A DNA stretch of 63,803 nt, counting the filler, from Octopus bimaculoides (lineage: Eukaryota), in the NCBI RefSeq assembly GCF_001194135.2. It is 5 parts of 5 records of this genome, joined end to end, with 100 filler letters (N's around TTAATTAATTAA, not from the genome) between each part and the next. Parts side by side here need not be neighbours in the genome. Positions count along the whole stretch, not along the records: positions 48,581 to 55,874 come from NC_068998.1; positions 55,975 to 63,803 come from NC_068991.1; 3 more parts are not named here. The stretch is one strand, 5' to 3'. Below the pieces are notes generated by a model, which made no database searches, was not told the DNA's origin, and saw only the letters and a list, made by a program, of their open reading frames with translations. Of the stretch, positions 49,430 to 63,803 are shown in pieces (the first letter of the stretch is position 1; the number at the start of each line of letters is the position of its first letter). A program made the translations under genes and the position numbers.

Positions 49430-52229
49430 TAGTATAGTATAGCACACTACAGAATAGTATGTGTGTCTTCATATACATATTAGAAACATATATTCATATG
49501 TAGGTTCATATGAATGTGTATGTGTGTCTGTGGTTATGAGTGTGCGTGGAAGAGCCTGTTGCGTATTTCATATATAAGTAGTATAATGTTAAATGATCAT
49601 TTATCAATTCTTCTCTATGATTAATGTCACATTTTTTGCTAAATATCAAAATATTTCTGTACACAAAAACTGGAATATTAGTCATATTAATCTTGCAGCC
49701 TCTGTCCGCCATAACTCGTGTGCAGCATTAGTGCGAGTGTCTTGTACTTTTAATTACAATTTATTATCATCATTATCAAACTAAAATGTGGATGGATACA
49801 AATGGAAAATGGAGAAATATTGCAATTCTTCGGGAAGTGGTAATACTTATTACTGATCTTCCCAATATAAAACTAATAGGTTTCAATTATACTCAAACAT
49901 GTAATTATCTGAAAGAAAGTCAAATAAAACATCAACATATAAGTCAGCAGCGAATGGAGAAGTGTATCTTAATGAGATCACCCTGTATAACGAGTTACTG
50001 ATTGCTTTAGCTCGCTTTATGATGTATTTCATAATGATTGTATAGAGAAATTTCGTTACTTCAGTTTCAATTATAGAATAGATGCTTTTGTTTAGCAAAA
50101 TTCGAAACTTTTTATATTTGAAAAAGGCTTCCGATTACATACGTAGAAGATAACATTCAGATCCGACCGATCAAAAGCAGTTACTGAAATCTGTTGTAAA
50201 ATACCAAAGATATTTTTGTTGATCACTACGTTCGCATAGAGATCAACTACTAAGTCGCAGGCCCAAAATAGCTGTGTAATGCAGAATAGTTTTGATCTCA
50301 CTGCACAGTAAGTTAGGCTTGCGCCTTCTACGACAGCCTCACCCTGAGATGAATTTACCACAAGGAAATTAAGTAAGGTTATGTCCACATTATAAAGGGA
50401 TGTATGAGTAGAGGTAGCATGAACCCAGTCACATTAGCCAATAAGTTATCAATATAGAAGTCATTGTTTCATTATAGTTGATGAGAGAGGTGAGTGATAG
50501 GGACAGCTGAGTTTATGTAAACACAGAAAACAACCTTTCAGTGTGAAGTTACAATAATGAGTATAGCCTGCTCAACTGAGATGGATTGGAGATAGGAGTT
50601 GAGAGATTTGTGTCTAGGAGAGGATTATGATCTTATAGCTGCTTGCAGTCAAGAGATAATGAGTGAGATCTATACTGATAATATTTATATTTATATTTGA
50701 AGAAATCTAAATGTTTGCTTCTGGTTTGGGGCTTTTCGAGGAAGAGTATAGAGAGGTGATGCATTGAAAGGTCATTACACACCAAACCGAGATGCTGTCA
50801 GTGGCCTCGATCTAATGTTTACAACAGAATGAACACAGCAGAAGTGCAATGAGTGGTAGTCGTAGTGACAGCAGAAGCAGCAGTAGTGACACTGTTCATT
50901 AGTTGTACACATTTTTTTCTCCAATTCTTTGAAATTGATTTAAAAGAAGGATGCAATCACGGGATAAAACAAATCACACATTCTGACTTGAAAAGGCAAT
51001 CCTTTGAAAATTTCGTATTTTTTTTTTTATGGAACTCATGTTCCCATGATTCTATGTACTCCTCGTATTGAAGAAGTCAACTGACATTTGCATAATTATG
51101 AGCTATTTGTATAAAAACGAACGCCAATAAAACAATTTAAATGTCTAATTTATGCAGAATATTTCTCCTCCTTTCATCACACTTCATGTGTGTCTTACCT
51201 CGCCAGGCCCAACATTACTCCCTACATCAAATCCATTCTTCCACACAGTCCTACATCCGTGTATCTGTAAACTCCTCCCCTCCCATATAATCTCTGTATG
51301 TGTTAGCTTACAAATGTTCGAGTGAAATATTATTGATGACAAACTCATCAATCTAGGAGGGCTTGCAAAAGGCCATGCACACTGTCTTGGTTCACCACAC
51401 TCAGCAAGTAAAAAATAATAATCACCATAGCAAATCCCTCACCATATTAAACATCATGTACTCTGTCTCCAACTATAGACATCATCATAGGATACAAAAT
51501 ACACAGAAATTATCATAGGTACTCTACAACACATTTCAGTACCTACTCCTTGAGAGAGATACTATATATTACATTCATCTCTGCGACATCTATGTGTATC
51601 ACTTCTATTTTTAGACTTGGTTGTATCAGTTAATTGCGAGGAATGTAAACAGGGAAATATAGCCCTGTGTAGTTAAAATTCAGTTAAAATTTCCATTTTA
51701 GTTTGTGATCACCTGGCACATTGTTGACAGATTTTACAATGGAAATCTTGGCTGACTGCAAATTTGAAATTTACGATACGCTAATCCTCAGATTTCATCT
51801 TTGTCTTGCATCCCATTCTTAATTTAAATCTATATTTTTAATACATATAATTCGGTCGTAATATTAAACGATACTTAGGAACGGAGAATAGATAATATAC
51901 TTAGAAGGTCACAAAAAATAGCTTACTCAATTTAGTTCTGAATTTAAATTCAGAAATTAAAGATGTCAACTTTTGGCATTCATTAGTTTGGGGTCGATAA
52001 AATAAAATACTTGGCAATTACTGAGTTAGATATGATCGAACATATCCTCGTAGAAGATACCTGGCTGTGTGTCAATGACACAAATGAAGATAAATAGAAA
52101 CACAGCTGGGGCATTTCCCTGCAGGGAATCTGCAGCGAGCGTTTTGATGGAAATCTATTCCATTTCGGGTGGGAAATGAGTTAAGATTTACGTAAGAAAC
52201 AAAGATATATTAATATCGGGAAGCTCCAT

Positions 52230-52425
52230 GTTACTTAGCTGTAGAAATGAGTTGCAACGTCACCGGTGCCAAGCTGTATCGACCTTTGCCTTTACCTTGG
52301 ATAACATACGTGGCGCGGAGAGGGAAAGATAGTATTCATGGGCGACTAAAACAACCTTGCCTGGACTTGTGCCTCGGAGGGTAGCTTTCTAGGTGCAATC
52401 TCATGGTCATTCATGACTAAAAGGG
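52230..52425 (+). mobile_element. SINE family C body/tail
   Basis: cttagctgtagaaatgagttgcaacgtcaccggtgccaagctgtatcg matches 10505-10620. Confidence 0.8.
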
Positions 52426-52574
52426 TCATTGCGTTTTATACAGAAATGAGCCGAAAGGAAGAGAGGCAGAGTATATAAAGCTGTAATACGAACAAGAAAG
52501 ATGGAATCTAAAAGTATGGGACGAGATGTAGATATATAAAACATCTAGAGTTACATGAAGGTATTTAGAAAGGT

Positions 52575-52830
52575 CGTGAATTGGACTCCCAATGGCGCGT
52601 GGTGTCCTTGAGCAAGACACTTCCTTTTTTATGCTCCAGTCCACTGAACTTGAAAAAATTAGTTGTACCTGTAATTCACGGGGTCGGCCTCATCACATTC
52701 TGTGTCATACAGGAAATCCTCGAGAAATATGTTAAGGATTCGGATGTCCGTGGAGCAATCAGCCACTTAGACATTAATTTCCCGAGCTGGTTGTTCCGTA
52801 ATCGAATCAGCTGTAACAATCGTCGTCGCA
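52575..52830 (+). mobile_element. SINE family C variant, degraded
   Basis: ggtgtccttgagcaagacacttcc...tacctgtaattc...tatgttaagg. Confidence 0.75.
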
Positions 52831-53055
52831 ATCGGCGGAGAGACAGGCCATCTTCCTACTATTAAACATCGACTAGCTAGATGGAAACACAGCTTATTGA
52901 CAATCCTCATTAGGCAGCTGTAACATCCCTGCAATTTTATTTGCAACTTTTGTTGCAGTTCAAGTTGGAGTGTAGGCAGGAAGTCAACTGAACACTAATT
53001 GTATGCATCTATTATCTTATGTCATCAGATGGAATATTACCTGAAACGTATATGT

Positions 53056-53092
<37 letters not shown>

Positions 53093-53783
53093 NNNNNNNN
53101 NNNNNNNNNNNNNNNNNNNNNNNNNNNNNNNNNNNNNNNNNNNNNNNNNNNNNNNNNNNNNNNNNNNNNNNNNNNNNNNNNNNNNNNNNNNNNNNNNNNN
53201 NNNNNNNNNNNNNNNNNNNNNNNNNNNNNNNNNNNNNNNNNNNNNNNNNNNNNNNNNNNNNNNNNNNNNNNNNNNNNNNNNNNNNNNNNNNNNNNNNNNN
53301 NNNNNNNNNNNNNNNNNNNNNNNNNNNNNNNNNNNNNNNNNNNNNNNNNNNNNNNNNNNNNNNNNNNNNNNNNNNNNNNNNNNNNNNNNNNNNNNNNNNN
53401 NNNNNNNNNNNNNNNNNNNNNNNNNNNNNNNNNNNNNNNNNNNNNNNNNNNNNNNNNNNNNNNNNNNNNNNNNNNNNNNNNNNNNNNNNNNNNNNNNNNN
53501 NNNNNNNNNNNNNNNNNNNNNNNNNNNNNNNNNNNNNNNNNNNNNNNNNNNNNNNNNNNNNNNNNNNNNNNNNNNNNNNNNNNNNNNNNNNNNNNNNNNN
53601 NNNNNNNNNNNNNNNNNNNNNNNNNNNNNNNNNNNNNNNNNNNNNNNNNNNNNNNNNNNNNNNNNNNNNNNNNNNNNNNNNNNNNNNNNNNNNNNNNNNN
53701 NNNNNNNNNNNNNNNNNNNNNNNNNNNNNNNNNNNNNNNNNNNNNNNNNNNNNNNNNNNNNNNNNNNNNNNTATATATATGTA

Positions 53784-53819
<36 letters not shown>

Positions 53820-53834
53820 TGTATGTATGTCTAC

Positions 53835-54215
53835 ACTGGAGTAGCTGTGTGGTAGTTAGCTTGCTTACAAGCCATAAGGTTCCGAGTTCAGTCCTACGGC
53901 GTGGTAACTTGAGCAAGTGTATTCAGCTATACCCTCGGGCCGACTAAAGCCTTGTGAGTGGATTTTTGGAACATGGAAACTGAAAGAAGCCCGTCGCAGA
54001 TGTGTGTGTGTATGTGTGTGTGTTTGTCTCCCACCATCGCTTGACAACCGATGTTGGTGTGTTTACGTCACCGTAGCTAAACGGTTCGGGAAAAGAACCA
54101 ATAGGATAAGTACTAGGCTTACGACGAATAAGTCATGGGCTTTATTTGTTCGACTACAAGTGGTGCTCCAGTATGGCCACAGTCAAGTGACAGAAACAAA
54201 TAAAAGATTAAAGTA
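53835..54215 (+). mobile_element. SINE family B
   Basis: ggagtagctgtgtggtag...gagttcagtcc...tgacaaccgatgttggtgtg...gtgctccagtatggccacagtcaa. Confidence 0.88.
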
Positions 54216-54326
54216 AAAGGATATATATATATGTCAGTGGATAGTAGTCCCTCGACTATCGCAGATGTTACGTTCCAAACCACCCCGTGATAGGTTAGCT
54301 AAAATATGGCCTGGGATTATTGATTG

Positions 54327-54395
<69 letters not shown>

Positions 54396-54809
54396 NNNNN
54401 NNNNNNNNNNNNNNNNNNNNNNNNNNNNNNNNNNNNNNNNNNNNNNNNNNNNNNNNNNNNNNNNNNNNNNNNNNNNNNNNNNNNNNNNNNNNNNNNNNNN
54501 NNNNNNNNNNNNNNNNNNNNNNNNNNNNNNNNNNNNNNNNNNNNNNNNNNNNNNNNNNNNNNNNNNNNNNNNNNNNNNNNNNNNNNNNNNNNNNNNNNNN
54601 NNNNNNNNNNNNNNNNNNNNNNNNNNNNNNNNNNNNNNNNNNNNNNNNNNNNNNNNNNNNNNNNNNNNNNNNNNNNNNNNNNNNNNNNNNNNNNNNNNNN
54701 NNNNNNNNNNNNNNNNNNNNNNNNNNNNNNNNNNNNNNNNNNNNNNNNNNNNNNNNNNNNNNNNNNNNNNNNNNNNNNNNNNNNNNNNNTATATATATAC
54801 ATACATATA

Positions 54810-54950
54810 CGACAGTCTTCTTTCAGTTTCCGTCAACCAGATCCACTCAAAAGGTTTTGGTCGGCTCGAACCTATAGTAGAAGACACATGCCCGAGGTCC
54901 CACTGAGTGGGACTGAACCCAGGACCATGGGGTTGTTAAGCAAGCTTCTT
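54810..54950 (-). mobile_element. SINE family B 5' head
   Basis: tctttcagtttccgtc...ctatagtagaagacac...gtgggactgaacccaggaccatg. Confidence 0.8.
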
Positions 54951-54959
54951 TATTTCATG

Positions 54960-55810
54960 AAATCGTCCATGAAGGCCTTACATACAGGGGACAGCACAAG
55001 GTGGGGACAAAATAAAAACCCTCGTCATCCTTCCTTCCACTCTAACTCTGACTGTTGCCTCTCCGACCGTGATGGTCTCCACCATATTTTCAATATCTTC
55101 CTCTGCAACTTGCACCACTTTATCGAGGCTTTGTCCTTGCCAGTTCCTGTGTGGGGTTCTGGTGGCCTGAACCACCACCTTCTCCTCCATTCCTAGCAGA
55201 ATGGCAGCCACCAGCCAGGCTACATCCACTTCTGAAGGTATTTCCTCAACCCTAACCCTGGAAGCACGTCTCCCAAAGTATGCGGGCAGAAGCACTACCT
55301 GGTCCGTTCTGAAATGTGTAGCCGAGTGCAGACTGACGTTAACTACCTCCCGGAACTACACCTCCACCGTTCCAAATTTTTTCCTCTGGCAATTTGCACC
55401 GTCGACATGACTTCAATTCTATTTGCTGCTACAGAGTACGGCCTGTAAATAATTGTTCGTTCTTGTTTCTCCTTTAAAACTTCTTTGAAAGGGAACACCT
55501 TCACTTCGTTCCCTTCCCTTTTAAGCATTTTTCAAAATTTACTTAATTCTTCCAGATTCACGCATCACTTTTTTCTTCTTTTGCCGCTGCAGCATAATTT
55601 TTTGCTTCCATTTTCTCATCAATTCTTTTTAAACATTCTGCCATCTCTTCCTCAGACGGCACCAAATCCGACGAAGTGTAGTTCACAAATTCTGAACAAT
55701 TCAAGCCTTCACAGCTTCTCACCCAATGCCTGTGTGTTACACTCAAAATCCACAATCCAGCTGACAAACACTATACTACAAGCAAGCTTCTTACCACACA
55801 TCCCCTCCTG
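54960..55810 (-). mobile_element. Decayed ORF1/gag-like region of a non-LTR retrotransposon (tentative)
   Basis: GC-richer island with broken minus-strand ORFs (RVRVEEIPSEVDVAWLVAAIL...VRVRVEGR) of ORF1-like character; family not assignable. Confidence 0.35.
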
Positions 55811-55814
55811 CGAC

Positions 55815-55874
<60 letters not shown>

Positions 55875-56041
55875 NNNNNNNNNNNNNNNNNNNNNNNNNN
55901 NNNNNNNNNNNNNNNNNNTTAATTAATTAANNNNNNNNNNNNNNNNNNNNNNNNNNNNNNNNNNNNNNNNNNNNGGAGGAGGTGGTGATGGTGGTGGCGG
56001 CGGCGGTGGTAGTGGTGTGTTGATCATGATAAGAGCAGTAG

Positions 56042-56093
<52 letters not shown>

Positions 56094-56351
56094 AACGACG
56101 ATGATGACGATAGCATTAGTGGTGCTGGAAGGGTATCGGTGGTGGTGGCGGGGTGAGAGATGTTGTGGTTGTAATAGTTCAATGCGTCGTGGTAGCGATG
56201 CTGTAATGTTACGTTACGTATGTTACGTCTAGTGTTAATGGTGGTGAAGGCGATAGTCTTCTTTATGTAGTGGTTCGTTCCTGGGGATCGAGCGTGGTGA
56301 GCGCGACCATATACGATATATAATATGTATGAATACACACACACACATACA

Positions 56352-56385
<34 letters not shown>

Positions 56386-56470
56386 CATACATACATACAT
56401 ACATGTAGGCATTTATGTATTCATATTTATATGATATACTTATAAAGTGTATGCGTGTGTGTGTGTGTGT

Positions 56471-56505
<35 letters not shown>

Positions 56506-56529
56506 CCTATATATGCATGCATATATATT

Positions 56530-56577
<48 letters not shown>

Positions 56578-56627
56578 NNNNNNNNNNNNNNNNNNNNNNN
56601 NNNNNNNNNNNNNNNNNNNNNNNNNNN

Positions 56628-56673
<46 letters not shown>

Positions 56674-56758
56674 TACATATATATGTTTGTAAATATGTAT
56701 GCATGTATGCATATGCATACATATACATATATACATATGTATATATACATATATATAA

Positions 56759-56800
<42 letters not shown>

Positions 56801-56810
56801 NNNNNNNNNN

Positions 56811-56850
<40 letters not shown>

Positions 56851-57375
56851 ATATATATATATATACATATATTGATATATTATTCATGTAAATATATGCA
56901 TAAGTTCGTGCGTGTATGTGTTTGTGTGTATATGTGTGTGTGTATGTGTATGCATGTGTATATATATATATGTATATAAATATATGTGTGTGTTCGTGTG
57001 TGTGTGTGTGTGTGTGTACACTATGTAAGTGTGCGTGCACGTGCAATCGTATGAAGTATATGACTAATCAAAGTTACTAATTAATTCACAATGCGATCAA
57101 ATAGTTTTACGCTTTATACAATGCATCTATTATATGTTTATGTGTGTGTGTGTGTGCATATGTGTGTGCGTATGTGTGTTTGTGTGAGTGTGTGTGTTTA
57201 TGTGCGTGTGTATGTGGTCTTTAGTCGACTTAGTTGTACTTCTGCACAAATGCACAATTGCTTATTTGCATACCTATACACACAAAAGTAAATACGCATA
57301 CACACTCACCTACAAACACACACACACGCACAGACACACACAAACACACATACATGCAATCACGCCACACACACA

Positions 57376-57440
<65 letters not shown>

Positions 57441-58004
57441 GTGTGGGTGTGTGTGTGTGTGTGTAAATACGCAAATATGTATATACACATATTGATATAT
57501 TATAGATGCAGATATATATGTGTGTGTGTGTGTATGTGTGTGTGCAGGTGTGTTTATAAATAAATATATGTATATATATATGCTTATACACATATATTTG
57601 TGCATATACATCATACAAGCAGAAAATTCCAAGTGTGCATATGTAAGAATCTACCCACGTAGACGCAAACTGTTGCGTATAACGCGATACACATACACAC
57701 AAACGCAAGTTCACACACACACAGACTCCTCACCTACACAGAGATACCAACACACATACACATGCACAAACACTGTCGCACATAGTCATGCATAAGTTTC
57801 GGTTTCTGGAATGAATCTGAATATATGGAGGTGTGTTATGAAAACAAGGATTGCTGGATTTCTGTCTGTTTCAATACCTCGATCAACATGGCGGCAGTCA
57901 AATGACTGAAACAATTAAAAGAGTAAAAAGAGTAATATGAGTATGGCTTCCATGTATAAATTTTTATGTCTGTGAGGAATATGCTAGAATATATAAGTAT
58001 TCAT

Positions 58005-58185
58005 TTGAAATTTTGGGACAAGATCAGCAATTTCGGGGGCGGGGGGGTAGACGATTAAATCGACCCCAGTGCTCAATTGGTACCTATTTTATCGACCTCC
58101 AAATAGATGAAAGGCAAAGTCCACCTCCGTGAAATTTAAACTGAAGACGCCCGGCGTGCTAACCATTATTCCAGCTCGCTTCCTC
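58005..58185 (-). mobile_element. SINE family A, degraded
   Basis: tgaaattttgggacaagatcagc...atcgaccccagtgctcaattggtacc...gaaaggcaaagtccacctc; flanks tagaatatataagtatt / tagaatatgtaactatt. Confidence 0.75.
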
Positions 58186-58539
58186 GGTAGAATATGTAAC
58201 TATTGTCCTGAAGTATTTATCTGACTAGTCTTATGGTGAGTGGTATTGTGTATACGTGTAAATGCGTATGAATACACACGCATATGTGTACGCAACATGT
58301 GCGAAATAACGTGAACGTCTGCAACATGGGTTCCAGCGTTACGCTCTTAAGAATCTTAGTTCTAAAACGCAATCGACATCATGGTCACACTCGTTATAGT
58401 CAGAAGACATTATTAACATCTCTACGTATGTGATTCAAAATGCAAACGCAACAATATATCCATGGGTTTCGACAGTAATTTTAAAATGAGCATCTTCTAT
58501 ATATATTTTCTGCATATGGATCCAAGTTTTCGTCGGAGT

Positions 58540-58885
58540 GCTTCCCAACCATTTAGTTCCGGGTTCAGTTCCACTGCCTGGCACCTGAGGGCAAGTGTCT
58601 TCTACTATAGCCACTGGACCACTAAGGCCTTTTGAAGGAATTTGGCAGACAGAAACTGAAAGAAGTCATTAGTGTGTATGTGCGTGTGTGTGTGCGCGCG
58701 CGTGCGTGTGTATTTGTGCATGTTTGACTCCCACCAGCGTTTGACAACCGATTCGGAAATGTGACCAGTAGAATAAGTACCATGCTTTTAAAAAATAAAT
58801 ACTGGGGTCTATTCATTCGACTAAAATTCTTCATGGCCGTGCCTCTTCATGGTTGCAATGTAATAACTGAAACAAGTTAAAAAGA
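58540..58885 (+). mobile_element. SINE family B, degraded
   Basis: gcttcccaacc...ccgggttcagttccactgc...gggcaagtgtcttctactatagcc...tagaataagtacc. Confidence 0.8.
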
Positions 58886-59279
58886 TGGAACATAAAACAT
58901 AGTCAACAAGCCGTCATCAACAGGAACAGTGAATGCAGTACAAGACTAAATGCCGAATGCAGAGTAAATATGTATGTATAAGAGTAAATAACATAACACA
59001 ATGGCGCAACAAAAAGATTTATGGAGAGTAACTTGCAGAGACGAACAATTCAATTAATTCTAATAATGCTGGAGATTGTGTCTGACTTTCAACACTGAAT
59101 TCCTAATAAAAGTTAAAACGTACACAGTGTCATAATAAGACAATAAGAATAAGTATTTCATGAAAATAATGAGGAATAAGGTGACGTTGAGTTTAAAGAG
59201 TGACTTCAATGGAATTACAGGCGAAGAGAAAAATTTCGCACACACGAGACACGCACAAACACACACACACACACACACA

Positions 59280-59353
<74 letters not shown>

Positions 59354-59734
59354 CACTCAACTCAAGTACATATTTACATTTGCATATTTATGCACGTATG
59401 CATCATCATTGTATGTATGCATATGTGTATATGTATACATATATAAGTATATATCTACATGTATGTACACATATGTATATATATATATATACATGTATAT
59501 ATAAAATAGATGTAAGGATGTGTTTGTGTGTGTGTGTGTTAGTTTGATTTACGTAATCGGGTATATTAAGGGTGTGATAATCTTTTAAAACTGTTGATCA
59601 AGTTTAAGACAGACAGACAGATGCAGCGAGAATGAGAAAGAGAAGCAAAAAGCTAGATAGACAGATAGATAGATAGAGTGAGAGAAGGAGAGAGAGAAAG
59701 CGGGGCAGAAAGACAGAGATAAAAAGAAGAAAGG

Positions 59735-59781
<47 letters not shown>

Positions 59782-59919
59782 AAGATAGATAGGAATGTAG
59801 AGAGGTAGATAGACAGACATATAGATAGATAAAGACGGAGAGAGCGATTATAAGAAAAATACGTGCTAAAGGTGACGAGCGATATATGAGTCTTATTAGA
59901 TTAGTTAATCTCGTACACG

Positions 59920-59965
<46 letters not shown>

Positions 59966-60402
59966 TTAATTCATCTGCCAACTCTGCTCTTCAAATNNNN
60001 NNNNNNNNNNNNNNNNNNNNNNNNNNNNNNNNNNNNNNNNNNNNNNNNNNNNNNNNNNNNNNNNNNNNNNNNNNNNNNNNNNNNNNNNNNNNNNNNNNNN
60101 NNNNNNNNNNNNNNNNNNNNNNNNNNNNNNNNNNNNNNNNNNNNNNNNNNNNNNNNNNNNNNNNNNNNNNNNNNNNNNNNNNNNNNNNNNNNNNNNNNNN
60201 NNNNNNNNNNNNNNNNNNNNNNNNNNNNNNNNNNNNNNNNNNNNNNNNNNNNNNNNNNNNNNNNNNNNNNNNNNNNNNNNNNNNNNNNNNNNNNNNNNNN
60301 NNNNNNNNNNNNNNNNNNNNNNNNNNNNNNNNNNNNNNNNNNNNNNNNNNNNNNNNNNNNNNNNNNNNNNNNNNNNNNNNNNNNNNNNNNNNNNNNNNNN
60401 NN

Positions 60403-60434
<32 letters not shown>

Positions 60435-60469
60435 CAAGCACACCATGTATTTTGTATGTCTAATTGTAG

Positions 60470-60670
60470 ATACGCTTGCGTCTGTTGTGTAGCAGGTGTT
60501 TGTGAGTTCGTATATATTTGTTTGTATGTGCGTGTACGTATGTGTCTGCGGGTGTGTGTGTGTGGTGTCTGTATATGCGTGTGTGTGTGTTCGTGTGTGT
60601 ATATGTGTGTGCGTTTGTGTGTGTGGTGTCTGTATATGCGTTCGTGTGTGTGTGTGTGTGTGTGTGTGTA
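60470..60670. repeat. Degenerate (TG)-rich minisatellite with a recurring gtggtgtctgtatatgcg unit
   Basis: Direct reading. Confidence 0.75.
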
Positions 60671-61118
60671 TTTGTTTCAAATGAAACGATAAACATTAAC
60701 TTGCTCTTTAATTGACGTCTGATCTTGCAACCTGACTAACGATCTACCTTGATAGTTAATTATTGCCTCAAAATCTGAACTTCCCTTCACACCCAAACAC
60801 ACACACGCACACACGCACACACACATATACATACACACACACACACAGACTCACACACATAGCGATTATATGGATAAATATTTCGTAGTCATACAGAAAA
60901 TTTCTTTTTTGTTTCAAGGCTATTAGCTAGAGCACTCAGTAAATATAAGAATAAGATTAACAGCAATAATATATAAAATGGATCATATATATATGTGTGT
61001 GTGCATATATATATATAGAGATTGGACCATGTCAGGTGGGGGAGAAGAGCCATGCAAGGAACGTGAAAATCACGGTGGTGCACCAGCATGACCGCAACCA
61101 CTTGGCTGAAACACATAA

Positions 61119-61153
<35 letters not shown>

Positions 61154-61754
61154 NNNNNNNNNNNNNNNNNNNNNNNNNNNNNNNNNNNNNNNNNNNNNNN
61201 NNNNNNNNNNNNNNNNNNNNNNNNNNNNNNNNNNNNNNNNNNNNNNNNNNNNNNNNNNNNNNNNNNNNNNNNNNNNNNNNNNNNNNNNNNNNNNNNNNNN
61301 NNNNNNNNNNNNNNNNNNNNNNNNNNNNNNNNNNNNNNNNNNNNNNNNNNNNNNNNNNNNNNNNNNNNNNNNNNNNNNNNNNNNNNNNNNNNNNNNNNNN
61401 NNNNNNNNNNNNNNNNNNNNNNNNNNNNNNNNNNNNNNNNNNNNNNNNNNNNNNNNNNNNNNNNNNNNNNNNNNNNNNNNNNNNNNNNNNNNNNNNNNNN
61501 NNNNNNNNNNNNNNNNNNNNNNNNNNNNNNNNNNNNNNNNNNNNNNNNNNNNNNNNNNNNNNNNNNNNNNNNNNNCACACACACACACACTCACACAAGC
61601 AAATATAAACACACATGCTGGGTTGATCATGTTATCTTTATACTTTTGGAGACCTTGTGTTTTGTTATATATATACACATATGTATATATATGCACATAT
61701 ATGCATGTATAATAAATTGGCATGCACACATCTGTGTGTGTATATAGTTGAAAT

Positions 61755-61900
61755 TTACAGAGAAACAAAGGACGAAGACAGGTGTATAAACAAGCAGGTG
61801 TCTATACACCGAGTTTGACGCTCGGGAATGTGAGAACGTTTTTTGTTTCGAGCCTACGCTCTTCAACAGAAAGGAATACGAGGAAATAAACACAGAGAGA
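61755..61900 (-). mobile_element. Dispersed family E; hammerhead-like core without a GUH site
   Basis: Minus strand CTTT-CTGTTGA-A-GAGC-GTAG-GCTC-GAAAC-AAA. Confidence 0.75.
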
Positions 61901-63209
61901 ATAATATATATAAATATAAATATACACGTGTGTGTATGTATGTATGTAGGTATGTATATGTATATATATATATATATGTATGTATATATGTATAAGTGTA
62001 TGTATTTATATGTATGTATGTATGTATGTATGCATGTACATTTGCTTATGCATGTGCATAAAGTTTATGATTTACCGGAATATAGGAATATGCTGGAATA
62101 ATTTCCATCACATAACCTCATTATTTATACACAAAATGGTTCAATCTGTTCGATCAGCTCGATACGTGATAGACATCACGTAGAATCTCTCCTTCTCTCT
62201 CTCTCTTTTTCTCCTTTTGTTTCTCTTTCTCTCCCTCCTTCTCTTTATACACACACACAGACAGTCATATATATATAGATACATATACATACATATGTAA
62301 ATATGTGTTTAGATATAATTGCAGTATGTGTATATGTATGTATGTATGTATGTAAGTAAATATATATTAATATAATCATATATATATATATATATATATA
62401 NNNNNNNNNNNNNNNNNNNNNNNNNNNNNNNNNNNNNNNNNNNNNNNNNNNNNNNNNNNNNNNNNNNNNNNNNNNNNNNNNNNNNNNNNNNNNNNNNNNN
62501 NNNNNNNNNNNNNNNNNNNNNNNNNNNNNNNNNNNNNNNNNNNNNNNNNNNNNNNNNNNNNNNNNNNNNNNNNNNNNNNNNNNNNNNNNNNNNNNNNNNN
62601 NNNNNNNNNNNNNNNNNNNNNNNNNNNNNNNNNNNNNNNNNNNNNNNNNNNNNNNNNNNNNNNNNNNNNNNNNNNNNNNNNNNNNNNNNNNNNNNNNNNN
62701 NNNNNNNNNNNNNNNNNNNNNNNNNNNNNNNNNNNNNNNNNNNNNNNNNNNNNNNNNNNNNNNNNNNNNNNNNNNNNNNNNNNNNNNNNNNNNNNNNNNN
62801 NNNNNNNNNNNNNNNNNNNNNNNNNNNNNNNNNNNNNNNNNNNNNNNNNNNNNNNNNNNNNNNNNNNNNNNNNNNNNNNNNNNNNNNNNNNNNNNNNNNN
62901 NNNNNNNNNNNNNNNNNNNNNNNNNNNNNNNNNNNNNNNNNNNNNNNNNNNNNNNNNNNNNNNNNNNNNNNNNNNNNNNNNNNNNNNNNNNNNNNNNNNN
63001 NNNNNNNNNNNNNNNNNNNNNNNNNNNNNNNNNNNNNNNNNNNNNNNNNNNNNNNNNNNNNNNNNNNNNNNNNNNNNNNNNNNNNNNNNNNNNNNNNNNN
63101 NNNNNNNNNNNNNNNNNNNNNNNNNNNNNNNNNNNNNNNNNNNNNNNNNNNNNNNNNNNNNGCTTAAGCAACAGTCAGCATATCTTCTTAGCACTAACAA
63201 TAAAAGAAG

Positions 63210-63210
63210 C

Positions 63211-63246
<36 letters not shown>

Positions 63247-63305
63247 AATTGATGATGATGATGATAATTGATGATGATGATGACGACGACGACGACAAAG
63301 ACTTA

Positions 63306-63337
<32 letters not shown>

Positions 63338-63421
63338 TTACTACTGCTGTTGCTGCTACTACTACTACTACTACTACCACTACTACTACTACTACTATAA
63401 TTACAAGTAATACTACTACTC

Positions 63422-63468
<47 letters not shown>

Positions 63469-63491
63469 GACTACAACAGACGACGGCGGTA

Positions 63492-63524
<33 letters not shown>

Positions 63525-63680
63525 GTAAATGTGACAGCAATGGTCGAAGAGAATATCAGTGTATCATTGTTTAGGTGCAGCAGCAGTGTCCGTATAGAAA
63601 ACACCACCACCACCACTACCAACAACAACAACAACAACAACAACAACAGTGTCAGTAGCAGTAATAACAACAACCACAAG
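63210..63680. repeat. Compound trinucleotide tracts (GAT, TAC, AAT, AAC)
   Basis: Direct reading. Confidence 0.95.
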
Positions 63681-63803
63681 AACGGCAACAATAAATCAAT
63701 TGCTCTTAGTAAAAAGATGTGCGCCATTTTTCACCTATCTGACACTTTACGTCTTAGCTAATTCCCCAAAAATAATTAAAAAGAAATAAATAATAATGTA
63801 AAA

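Overview
AT-rich, gappy, microsatellite-saturated animal genomic DNA. The SINE repertoire and repeat density suggest an octopus/coleoid genome (inference). The only well-supported host gene is a divergent ionotropic glutamate receptor/IR-family gene on the minus strand. It has four in-phase exons (7477-7577, 6388-6475, 3752-4115, 1620-1837; 257 codons, S1-M1-M2-M3-start of S2). Its N-terminal and M4 exons are not securely located. The rest is intron/intergenic DNA with tRNA-derived SINEs of at least three families, mariner, hAT-MITE and Helitron remnants, RTE and R4/Dong-like LINE fragments, Penelope-like (PLE) repeats and simple repeats. Most ORFs in the supplied track are microsatellite or N-gap artefacts. 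Top leads: (1) a tRNA-headed SINE-like element carrying a minimal hammerhead ribozyme, with an inverted 5' head duplication (22811-23190); (2) a dispersed family whose hammerhead core has A6 replaced by U in all four copies; (3) a receptor S2 segment lacking the glutamate-binding Ser/Thr; (4) SINE targeting of AATATT-containing sites, including two head-to-head insertions in one hAT MITE. All assignments are by eye; no database searches or folding programs were run.
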